DNA of 64,000 nt from a virus, in IMG/VR virus record IMGVR_UViG_3300045970_000382, positions 1 through 64,000 of that record; one strand, given 5' to 3'. Position 1 is the first letter of the stretch. Every line of letters begins with the position of its first letter. This document shows positions 1 to 7,603 of the stretch, in pieces. A program made the position numbers and the translations under genes. The notes below the pieces were generated by a model. That model saw nothing but the letters and a program-made list of their open reading frames with translations, had not been told where the DNA came from and made no database searches.

Positions 1-490
1 TAAGGGGTGTCAAACAGTAGGTATTTTTGTGAGCTATACTAGCACACCAAGGCATTGTGGAGCGTGTTACCAAGACGATTTTTTGGGGCTTAAAGATGGT
101 GTTTTGATGGTTTGCCAAGATGGTATTCAGGCGCTGTCTAGACAAGCAATTTTGTAACTAGATTTGATCTAGGTTTGAGAATCGAGATTGCTTGTGTAAG
201 GTTTTCGTTTCTAGATTTGGTTGTAGAATCGCTTGCGTCTAGATCGTTTTAGTAAAGGTGTTGTTATCTTTTCTGTTAGTGGTGTACGTATATTAGATGT
301 ATTTGGATATGATCTAGATTTATGTGAGAATATATCTAGATGTTTTTAAGATTTGATCTGGAATTATTCTAGAATTGAGATTTGTATTTAGAAAAAGTCT
401 AGATCTAAAAAAATTTGGATAAAGAATTTGCTGGGCATGGAAAATAGAGCTAAAGAAGATGTTAAATAAATATTTAATAAAAATAAATAA

Positions 491-537
491 GTTTTATAAA
501 ACAATTATTAAGTAGTAAATTGTTTTATATCAAACAA
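491..537. repeat. Left arm of 47-bp inverted repeat (partner 2959-3005)
   Basis: Reverse complement matches 2959-3005 ungapped: 25 bp identical, 8-bp divergent spacer, 14 bp identical. Built from palindromic TGTTT(T/G)ATATAAAACA-like boxes. Confidence 0.9.
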
Positions 538-547
538 TTTTTTAGGC

Positions 548-586
548 AAAAAAAAGCATCAATTAAGGTTTAATTTTAATTGATGC
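548..586 (-). terminator. Rho-independent terminator of the leftward operon
   Basis: 11-bp stem GCATCAATTAA/TTAATTGATGC followed on the minus strand by a U8 tract, just past the stop at 593. Confidence 0.75.
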
Positions 587-592
587 GGTTTT

Positions 593-748
593 TTATTTTG
601 GTTTGATTAATAAGTATGGTAGTTTTTTGCATGGGTCTAACCCATGCTGTATAAAAACACAATTATCAGATTGATTTAAACCGGCAGGTTTAAATCTGTA
701 CCCTTTGTTAATTAGTTTTTTTATTTCATCCAGACACAATGTTTTCAT
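593..748 (-). CDS. Hypothetical protein, 51 aa (MKTLCLDEIKKLINKGYRFKP...)
   Basis: Read manually, below the ORF-track cutoff. ATGA overlap with the upstream stop; ends just before the terminator. Confidence 0.6.
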   Translation of the reverse strand: MKTLCLDEIKKLINKGYRFKPAGLNQSDNCVFIQHGLDPCKKLPYLLIKPK

Positions 749-927
749 TGTATGCTTTCTTCAAAAGTAAAATCATTATAATCTATATTAAATAGATTAA
801 TTTTAGATTGTTTAGCATGGTACTCACACCATGCTAAAATACCGATTAATTCTGATTTCTTTATAATCTGGCTTTGATTTAATGATAAGGTTAATTTAAC
901 CTTATCATTATTTAATAACATTTTCAT
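745..927 (-). CDS. Hypothetical protein (start revised to MKML)
   Basis: ORF 745-957; a GGAG RBS precedes the ATG at 927, whereas the ATG at 957 lies inside a stem. Confidence 0.65.
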   Translation of the reverse strand: MKMLLNNDKVKLTLSLNQSQIIKKSELIGILAWCEYHAKQSKINLFNIDYNDFTFEESIQ

Positions 928-950
928 TTTATACTCCGGTTTATTAGAAT

Positions 951-985
951 AAGGCATTTTAACCAGATGCCTTTTAAACTGGTAT
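951..985 (-). promoter_or_regulatory. Intergenic H-type RNA pseudoknot, copy 2
   Basis: AU ACCAG UUUAA AAGGCAU CUGGU UAAA AUGCCUU: S1 ACCAG/CUGGU, S2 AAGGCAU/AUGCCUU. Confidence 0.65.
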
Positions 986-992
986 GGAATGA

Positions 993-1256
993 TTAAGCGT
1001 AAATCATATCATCCCAAAAATTATTTGTATCGTTTTGTGTGTGCCTAGGTTTCCCGTTCCACGGAATTACACGACCGTTATTTAAACGCACTAAAGGTTT
1101 AGAATAGGCTGGAGTATCCCGCCAGCATTTGTTACCTGATTTATTTATATATACCTCATGGGCAAGAGGTATCTCCTTTACGCCAAATTTATCACAGGCC
1201 TTCCTGATATTGTTATAACCATTGGGATGGTTATATCTTTCTGTAGCATTATTCAT
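993..1256 (-). CDS. Hypothetical protein, 87 aa
   Basis: ORF with AAGGTG RBS, part of the leftward operon. Confidence 0.7.
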   Translation of the reverse strand: MNNATERYNHPNGYNNIRKACDKFGVKEIPLAHEVYINKSGNKCWRDTPAYSKPLVRLNNGRVIPWNGKPRHTQNDTNNFWDDMIYA

Positions 1257-1278
1257 TTTTTACACCTTTTTATTAAAT

Positions 1279-1315
1279 AGGGCAGTTTTAACCAGACTGC
1301 CCTGATAACTGGTAT
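1279..1315 (-). promoter_or_regulatory. Intergenic H-type RNA pseudoknot, copy 1
   Basis: AU ACCAG UUAUC AGGGCAGU CUGGU UAAA ACUGCCCU: S1 ACCAG/CUGGU, S2 8 bp; S2 sequence differs from copy 2 but pairing is kept. Confidence 0.65.
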
Positions 1316-1321
1316 TGATTG

Positions 1322-1912
1322 TTACTTGTTTTCCGTTCCTGTTTTAGCAATTGGTATTTTAACTTCTTTAAACTTTTTACCAATTATAACTTGGTTAAAT
1401 GCCGGTATATTATCAATATACCAGTCTGCAAAGTCTGTAGCTGGAATACCTGTATCTTTACCATTATCTTTTTTAGTTGTGCGGCCACCACTTCCGAGAG
1501 TACTAAACTTACCGGTATTTGGTAATGGTTTATTACCTAGTCTGCCTAGTAATACTACAATACCAATAAATGCCAACTGCTCTGCCGACAATGCTGCCAT
1601 TGTTGGAACAAACTTCTTAATGTAAGCGGTAGCTATTCCGATTAAGCCATCCATATTAGTGATAGTCGGACAAAAATTCTTTAAAGAATAATTGGCCGAA
1701 TTACTAGATACACGGGCGTAGCCAAGCGTACTCATTATAAAATCATTTGCTACGCCTTTTACAGATACCATGTTATTGTGACATAAACTGCTGGCAAGCC
1801 ATTGATTTTTAATAGCTTTTTTACAAAGTGTAAAAACCAAAGTTTTAGAGGAATCCTCTGATTTCACTTCTAAGTTATTATTTTCATTGTTTTTAATATT
1901 CATGTTATGCAC
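1322..1912 (-). CDS. Hypothetical protein, 196 aa (first gene of leftward operon)
   Basis: Longest ORF in the region; start is GTG 1912 or ATG 1903; no recognisable motif. Confidence 0.75.
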   Translation of the reverse strand: MHNMNIKNNENNNLEVKSEDSSKTLVFTLCKKAIKNQWLASSLCHNNMVSVKGVANDFIMSTLGYARVSSNSANYSLKNFCPTITNMDGLIGIATAYIKKFVPTMAALSAEQLAFIGIVVLLGRLGNKPLPNTGKFSTLGSGGRTTKKDNGKDTGIPATDFADWYIDNIPAFNQVIIGKKFKEVKIPIAKTGTENK

Positions 1913-2472
1913 TCTCTTATAATATTATATTGTTTTAAACAGACAATATTAAACTGTGAAATGTTTTATATAAAACATTTTATTAATACTACTATACCAT
2001 GCTAGGTTTGCAATCGGATAATATACTTATGCTTAATGGTAGTATACAGTATCTATATAATAAATTAGATACAATACATAAAGAATATACACAAGCGCAC
2101 CGACGTGCTTTCTATGACATCACGTTGATAGAAAGTATTAATAAAACATTCTAATAAAATGTTTTATTGTCATATTATTATAATGATGTTATTTAATACT
2201 GTTTAATCTAAGTATTAAAAACCTTCAATCAATGGTTTTAATATGTAAGCTCAAATTGTTAAAAAGCTAACTTCCTTTTTCCTTCCTACTTTTCCCTTCC
2301 TGCAATTTAATTATAGTATGTTTTAAAAATTATGTTGTATATAATGTAAAATAATTTCAAAATAAAGTTAAGTATTTGATTTTATTGATAATTTATTTTT
2401 AATATGCCCAGCAACGGTTGCGGTTTCCAGCTTTATCCATCCTTTTTACTCACTTTTTTAGAATAACCCACT

Positions 2473-2853
2473 AGATTGATATGTATTTTACTAAAACTTG
2501 CCGAATATAACTATAACACCCACTTAAAATTTGTGTAAAATTGCTTGCCCAACTAATCAATAACACCAGATTGATATGTATTTTACTAAAACTTGCCCAA
2601 CTAATCAATAACACCAGATTGATATGTATTTTACTAAAACTTGCCCAACTAATCAATAACACCAGATTGATATGTATTTTACTAAAACTTGCCCATCTTA
2701 TCAATAACACCCACTTAAAATTTGTTTAAAATTGCTTGCCCAACTAATCAATAACACCAGATTGATATGTATTTTACTAAAACTTGCCGAATATAACTAT
2801 AGCACCCACTTAAAATTTGTTTAAAATTGCTTGCCCAACTAATCAATAACACC
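2473..2853. repeat. Modular tandem array of eight 47/48-bp units
   Basis: Modules A (AGATTGATATGTATTTTACTAAAACTTGCC), B (CACTTAAAATTTGTTTAAAATTGCTTGCC), X (CAACTAATCAATAACACC), Y (GAATATAACTATAACACC) in order AY-BX-AX-AX-AX'-BX-AY'-BX. Confidence 0.95.
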
Positions 2854-2958
2854 GGATTGTTTTACATCAAGCACCCAAATAAAATTTGTACGATTTTTAT
2901 AGCAAACTTTTTTACATAACACTAAAACATGTTTGATATAAAACAATTTGTAAATATT

Positions 2959-3005
2959 TTGTTTGATATAAAACAATTTACTATACTACTTTTGTTTTAT
3001 AAAAC
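2959..3005. repeat. Right arm of 47-bp inverted repeat (partner 491-537)
   Basis: TTGTTTGATATAAAACAATTTACTA-tactactt-TTGTTTTATAAAAC; extra box at 2930-2949. Confidence 0.9.
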
Positions 3006-3152
3006 ATATACTACCCATACACTTAACGCGTAATAAAACCCATACCATTATCCCGTAACCACCCAACTCCATAAATCCAACTCCAACCCCACAAAACAAA
3101 TCCCAAATCCATATCTACAAAAACTGATCCTAAAAAATTTTTTCAATAACCC

Positions 3153-3181
3153 TTGACAGTACCATAAATATTATATATAAT
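3153..3181 (+). promoter_or_regulatory. Consensus sigma70-type promoter for the rightward operon
   Basis: TTGACA (3153) - 17 bp - TATAAT (3176). Confidence 0.85.
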
Positions 3182-3215
3182 AAATAAATAACTAAAACTA
3201 CTGGAGTTATTTACA

Positions 3216-3275
3216 ATGTTTACAATTACCAAAACCTTTGAATTTTGTTACGGCCACAGGTATGTTGACGCATAA
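3216..3275 (+). pseudogene. Orphaned queD 5' fragment (MFTITKTFEFCYGHRYVDA*)
   Basis: GGAG RBS; aligns with the N-terminus of intact QueD (MFVIEKAFQVTYGHR) up to YGHR, where the HNH gene begins. Confidence 0.8.
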
Positions 3276-3771
3276 AAGACTTACAGAGAGATTAGAGTAT
3301 GATCCCAATACAGGACTATTTGTGTGGAAGTACAGAAATCCATCTGATTTCAAAAATACCTTAAGATGCGCTAGTTGGAATTCTAAACATTGTGGAGAAA
3401 TTGCTGGAAGAAAAGTAAAAACAAAAACAGAATACATTTCTATTGGAATAGACTATAAAACATATCTAGCACACCGACTAGCTTGGTTCTATGTATATGA
3501 AACGTGGCCTAATAAAACACTAGATCATATAGATACTATAAGAAGCCACAACTGGATTACCAATCTTCGTGAAGCTACTTATGGAGAAAATAACCAAAAT
3601 ATAAGAGTAGCAATGAAAAGAAATTTATCAGGATATTTAGGAGTGTGTACAGATAATGGAGGTACTACGTTTAGAGCAAAAATCCAAGTAAATGGAAAGT
3701 CACACTATCTTGGATCCTTTAAAAATCCTGAAGATGCCCATGCAGTATACTTAATAGCTAAACGGGTGTAA
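3262..3771 (+). CDS. HNH homing endonuclease with AP2 DNA-binding domain
   Basis: YDPNTG, AHRLAW, DHID..RSHNWITNLREAT, YLGSF motifs. Start revised to ATG 3262. In-frame FPFSTIEE after the TAA suggests a clipped C-terminus. Confidence 0.9.
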   Translation: MLTHKRLTERLEYDPNTGLFVWKYRNPSDFKNTLRCASWNSKHCGEIAGRKVKTKTEYISIGIDYKTYLAHRLAWFYVYETWPNKTLDHIDTIRSHNWITNLREATYGENNQNIRVAMKRNLSGYLGVCTDNGGTTFRAKIQVNGKSHYLGSFKNPEDAHAVYLIAKRV

Positions 3772-3801
3772 TTCCCGTTTAGCACAATAGAGGAGTAACA
3801 C

Positions 3802-4296
3802 ATGTTCGTAATAGAAAAAGCATTTCAAGTGACCTACGGTCATCGTATCGCTACGCAAACCTTAAGTGATAATAGAGAATGCCAATGCAGGCGTTTACAC
3901 GGTCATGGAGGATCGTTGGTAATAGAACTGAGTTCTAAAAACTTAGTCCGAGGCATGGTCTTAGATTACAATGAACTAGATATAATAAAAGCGTTCATTG
4001 ATAAGTTCTTAGATCACCGTATGATCTTGGATAAGGATGACCCCATGCTAAATTACTTGATAAAAGAATACGAGATAGTAGATTCTCAATGGCGATTTAG
4101 CAAAATCAGAAAAAGTAATGACTATGAAGATTTAGTTGAGCAAGAACTTTATGAATCACTAATTCTGATAGATTGCGAACCGACATCAGAGAACTTTTGT
4201 AAAATCTTATATAATGAGCTGAAACAAATAATTCCATGGGTATCCAAAGTTTCGTGGTCTGAGACTGGGAAAACTAACGCAACCTACATGGAGTGA
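3802..4296 (+). CDS. queD: 6-carboxy-5,6,7,8-tetrahydropterin synthase
   Basis: YGHR, CRRLHGH, GMVLDY, LDHR and PTSEN motifs. Confidence 0.92.
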   Translation: MFVIEKAFQVTYGHRIATQTLSDNRECQCRRLHGHGGSLVIELSSKNLVRGMVLDYNELDIIKAFIDKFLDHRMILDKDDPMLNYLIKEYEIVDSQWRFSKIRKSNDYEDLVEQELYESLILIDCEPTSENFCKILYNELKQIIPWVSKVSWSETGKTNATYME

Positions 4297-4305
4297 GATG
4301 ATATT

Positions 4306-4965
4306 ATGTTAAATGTGAAGGAGATATTTTGGAGTGTGCAAGGCGAGGGACCTTACTCAGGGACACCAGCATGGTTTATAAGATTGGCTGAATGTCCGTT
4401 ACGGTGTTTCGGCTGCGATACGAGTTTCTTGAATGGTGTTCTTATGGATGAGAATGATATTCTTAAAACCATTAAAGTGAATGTAAATCCTAAACAGTGC
4501 CAACTGGTCGTGATTACTGGTGGGGAGCCGCTTGCTCAAAACCTAAGTCCATTACTTGAATTACTGCATAGTGGTTATTCTTATTTTGTACAGATTGAGA
4601 CTAGTGGGGTGACTTGCCGTGAAGAGAATCTTGAAATGTTGGAACATTGTGTAATAGTGTGCAGTCCTAAAACTCCTAAGATTGATAAAAAGCTGCAACC
4701 CTTAATAGATTTTTACAAGTATGTGGGTAGAGTGTCTGAATGTGATGACGATGGTCTGCCTAGTGCTTTGCTGAATGGAGGCTCACCATTCGTGTATAGA
4801 GATAAACATCGTCTGGTTCATGCACCGCATACGGTGTTTCTTAATCCTTTGGATGAAGGTGATGCCGTCCTTAATCAAGCTAATCTAGTGTTTGTGGCTG
4901 AGGTTTGTATGAGGAACAACTGGAGAATGGGAGTCCAATTACATAAACTGGCGAACCTTCGTTAA
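4306..4965 (+). CDS. queE: 7-carboxy-7-deazaguanine synthase (radical SAM)
   Basis: EIFWSVQGEG, CPLRCFGCDT (CxxxCxxC), ITGGEP, IETSG, CSPK, QLHK. Confidence 0.95.
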   Translation: MLNVKEIFWSVQGEGPYSGTPAWFIRLAECPLRCFGCDTSFLNGVLMDENDILKTIKVNVNPKQCQLVVITGGEPLAQNLSPLLELLHSGYSYFVQIETSGVTCREENLEMLEHCVIVCSPKTPKIDKKLQPLIDFYKYVGRVSECDDDGLPSALLNGGSPFVYRDKHRLVHAPHTVFLNPLDEGDAVLNQANLVFVAEVCMRNNWRMGVQLHKLANLR

Positions 4966-5006
4966 GAATATTTTTAGTAAATTTTATAAATAATGAGGAA
5001 AATGAA

Positions 5007-5282
5007 ATGTTTGCTGTGAGAAAAAGAAGTGAGAAAAAGTCTGATATTAGAATTGAAGATCATAAGAATGGTCATCTATTGACCGCTAAACAAGTGGAAT
5101 ATTTATTTGGAGTGACTCCAACGTCTATTCATAACTACCGAAGAAAGAACCAGTTGCCAGTCCATCACTTGCACAGTCCTGGTTTGGTGAAGCCACCCGT
5201 TCGGTTTGACGAAGGTGAGATTCTTAAATGGGCTTCTATGAATAATATCGAGATTAAGAACGATTTAGCGAATTATCAGTGA
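5007..5282 (+). CDS. Excisionase/AlpA/MerR-like HTH DNA-binding protein
   Basis: LLTAKQVEYLFGVTPTSIHNYRR...P...VRF...EILKW pattern. Confidence 0.7.
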   Translation: MFAVRKRSEKKSDIRIEDHKNGHLLTAKQVEYLFGVTPTSIHNYRRKNQLPVHHLHSPGLVKPPVRFDEGEILKWASMNNIEIKNDLANYQ

Positions 5283-5283
5283 G

Positions 5284-5781
5284 ATGACGACAGGAGAAAT
5301 CTTAATCGGGCTGAGTTCTTTGTCTAAAAAAGACTTAGAACTGGTCAGGAAAACGGCTACTCTGTTACTGGCTAAAAGTTCTGTAATTGATTCTAAGACT
5401 GAATTGTTTTATGACAATCTAACTTTAAACTTACAAAAGGTGGATGTGAATACTATGAATATCCACATCTATAAGAAACAAAAGCCTGACTCTTATGTCT
5501 CTTTAATAGAGGTCTGTGATGAAGTGTTTTCATTTATGGGGAAGTATGGTGTTTTAAAGTTACTTGAACAGAAACTGTTTTTAAGTCTTTTGACTCCATT
5601 AGTAATAGATAAAATTTTAGAAAGCAATGTGCCTTTGCTAATGAATACGTTGATAGCATTTTACAAGAATGCTCCCAGTTACTTTAGAAATGCTTATCCA
5701 AACTACGACAGAGTAGCTGTGCAATTCTTGATAAAAAGCCGCTCTGTTAACGAAGCGATAATACACCATTATGAGGAATGA
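5284..5781 (+). CDS. Hypothetical protein
   Basis: Tightly packed ORF in operon. Confidence 0.7.
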   Translation: MTTGEILIGLSSLSKKDLELVRKTATLLLAKSSVIDSKTELFYDNLTLNLQKVDVNTMNIHIYKKQKPDSYVSLIEVCDEVFSFMGKYGVLKLLEQKLFLSLLTPLVIDKILESNVPLLMNTLIAFYKNAPSYFRNAYPNYDRVAVQFLIKSRSVNEAIIHHYEE

Positions 5782-5972
5782 AAATGACAACAAGGAATGA
5801 ATTACACGGTAATCTAGCAAATGGCACGTTAATGAAGGATAACAAACCCAGTTATATTATAGATGGACATGGTAGAGGTTTCGTAGGTGCTATAGTATGG
5901 AAAGTGGTGCCTGGCTATGGTAGATGTAAATTTATAGTAACTGCGGGTGGAGGATTAGAAAGAGTGGAATAA
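5778..5972 (+). CDS. Hypothetical protein
   Basis: ATGA overlap, GAGG RBS. Confidence 0.6.
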   Translation: MKMTTRNELHGNLANGTLMKDNKPSYIIDGHGRGFVGAIVWKVVPGYGRCKFIVTAGGGLERVE

Positions 5973-5978
5973 ATTTAA

Positions 5979-6962
5979 ATGCGTCGTAGATTTAGTATTA
6001 TTGAGTTTCTGAACAAGCATAATATTCCCTATATTGAAGGTGGAGTCAATGTTAAAAGGGGCGAGGTTAATATCCGTTGCCCCTTTTGCATAGATGATCC
6101 ATCTGCTCACTTAGGGGTTGATGAGCAGAGACAGATTTTCTCATGTTGGAGAAACCCGAGACACAGGGGACGACTTGTTAAGTTAATCATGGTGCTGGGT
6201 AGGATAAGTTACAGCCAAGCATGTGCCCTGTTGGGGCAAAATGACCATTGGTTTGATGGTGGGGCGTTCAGTAATTTCATAGCTAATCCCGAAGCATTTT
6301 TTGAAGCAGATAAAATCAAAATAAAAACACTTCCAAAGTACCCATTTAAAGATTATAATGTCAAAATTCCTAGACTATTCGTGGACTATCTCATTAGCAG
6401 GGGCTTTTATTATAAGCATATTCCTGATCTTTTCAATGAGTATAGTATTAGGTATTGTGTTGAAGGACTTTATAGAGACAGATTAGTTATTCCTGTAACT
6501 CTAAGAGGAGAACAAGTCACATTTACAACTAGGTCTATTAGTGACGGTATAAGGTACTTATCCTTATCAGAAAAAGACGGTGCTCTGCTTTCAATAAAGG
6601 AAACTGTATGGAACTTCGATAATCTTTTAGATTATGGAGGTGAGATATTGTTCTTGTGTGAAGGACCACTAGATGCATTAAAGTTAGATTATTATGGAAA
6701 GAAAATAGGGGGGCGGGCGACTTGTTTGTTTGGGAAAAATATTAAAATGGAACAGATACTCCTTTTATCTGAACTTGTTGAAAGGTTCAATAAGGTAGTA
6801 CTGCTTTTAGACAGGACTGAATTTGATTCTATGCTCCGAATGGAGCGTTTAGTCTCCTTCCTTAAAAAACCAGTAGTAATAGGAGAATTACCAGATGGAG
6901 TTAAAGATCCAGGTGAACTGTCAATAATACAAGTGAGAAATCTTGTAAGGAAATATTTATGA
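5979..6962 (+). CDS. DNA primase (Zn finger + Toprim)
   Basis: CPFC..D...H...C zinc finger, RLVIP, LCEGPLD, LLD, KDPGE Toprim motifs. Confidence 0.85.
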   Translation: MRRRFSIIEFLNKHNIPYIEGGVNVKRGEVNIRCPFCIDDPSAHLGVDEQRQIFSCWRNPRHRGRLVKLIMVLGRISYSQACALLGQNDHWFDGGAFSNFIANPEAFFEADKIKIKTLPKYPFKDYNVKIPRLFVDYLISRGFYYKHIPDLFNEYSIRYCVEGLYRDRLVIPVTLRGEQVTFTTRSISDGIRYLSLSEKDGALLSIKETVWNFDNLLDYGGEILFLCEGPLDALKLDYYGKKIGGRATCLFGKNIKMEQILLLSELVERFNKVVLLLDRTEFDSMLRMERLVSFLKKPVVIGELPDGVKDPGELSIIQVRNLVRKYL

Positions 6963-7162
6963 CTAGGAACCCATTAATTGATCCATTACCTGGAGATGTT
7001 ATCGAGACTTATAATGAGATGTTGGGGATAACTTCACTCAGAAAAGTGACTAGAAGAAATGGTTGCCAGGTGTTTTTTACTGTAGACGATAACCAATACA
7101 TCGTATGTGTCGATATATTCCGAGTTATGTGTAAAAACGGGAAAATACTTTTAACTAAATAG
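6959..7162 (+). CDS. Hypothetical protein
   Basis: ATGA overlap; DPLPGD small beta-type domain. Confidence 0.65.
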   Translation: MTRNPLIDPLPGDVIETYNEMLGITSLRKVTRRNGCQVFFTVDDNQYIVCVDIFRVMCKNGKILLTK

Positions 7163-7171
7163 AGGAAAGTA

Positions 7172-7603
7172 ATGGATAGATTTATAGTATTTAATGGTAA
7201 AGATGAAACTGGAATTACATATTCCACGTTTCGAGAAGCTGAAGTGGCTTTAATAAATTTTTGCAAAGAAAATACTGACTTAATTCAGTATAGTTTTATA
7301 GGTTGTTTAACCCATAAAATAACTATAGTTAGCAAACATCATGAGCTAGCACCTATTAATCAAGCCTCTACAAAAGAAGGCTACCTTCCACAAGAAGGGG
7401 ACCTATTTCGTAAAATGCGAGGTTATCGAGTTAAAAGTACTGGAGATCTTGTTTTTGAAAGAAGAGTGGTAAAGGTAGGCCCAGACTTTGTCGTTTTACA
7501 GAATGGTGATAACGAGAAGGATTTACAGACCATGCCCCAGTACCAATTCTTTCGTTGGATCCGAGGTGCTGAATTTGTTGAACGGGCAGGAAAATTACTA
7601 TGA
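7172..7603 (+). CDS. Hypothetical protein
   Basis: GAGG RBS; C-terminal PQEGD..RRV segment resembles the preceding ORF. Confidence 0.7.
   Translation: MDRFIVFNGKDETGITYSTFREAEVALINFCKENTDLIQYSFIGCLTHKITIVSKHHELAPINQASTKEGYLPQEGDLFRKMRGYRVKSTGDLVFERRVVKVGPDFVVLQNGDNEKDLQTMPQYQFFRWIRGAEFVERAGKLL

Noticed and set aside
951-1315. preQ1-I riboswitch, pistol ribozyme or integron attC identity for the pseudoknot spacers
   Set aside because: Loop 3 is only UAAA with no long A-tract or preQ1 loop consensus. Pistol P2/P3 are absent. There are no paired RYYYAAC/GTTRRRY ends.
2471-2729. ORFs 2471-2710 (-) and 2541-2729 (+)
   Set aside because: By-products of the 48-bp period; no RBS, and the frame breaks at the 47-bp units.
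2473-2853. CRISPR array
   Set aside because: The would-be spacers are themselves repeated modules, there are no unique spacers, and no cas genes are present.
3260-3846. Group I intron joining the queD fragment to downstream queD
   Set aside because: No P/Q/R/S core and no room outside the HNH ORF; downstream queD has its own RBS and complete N-terminus.
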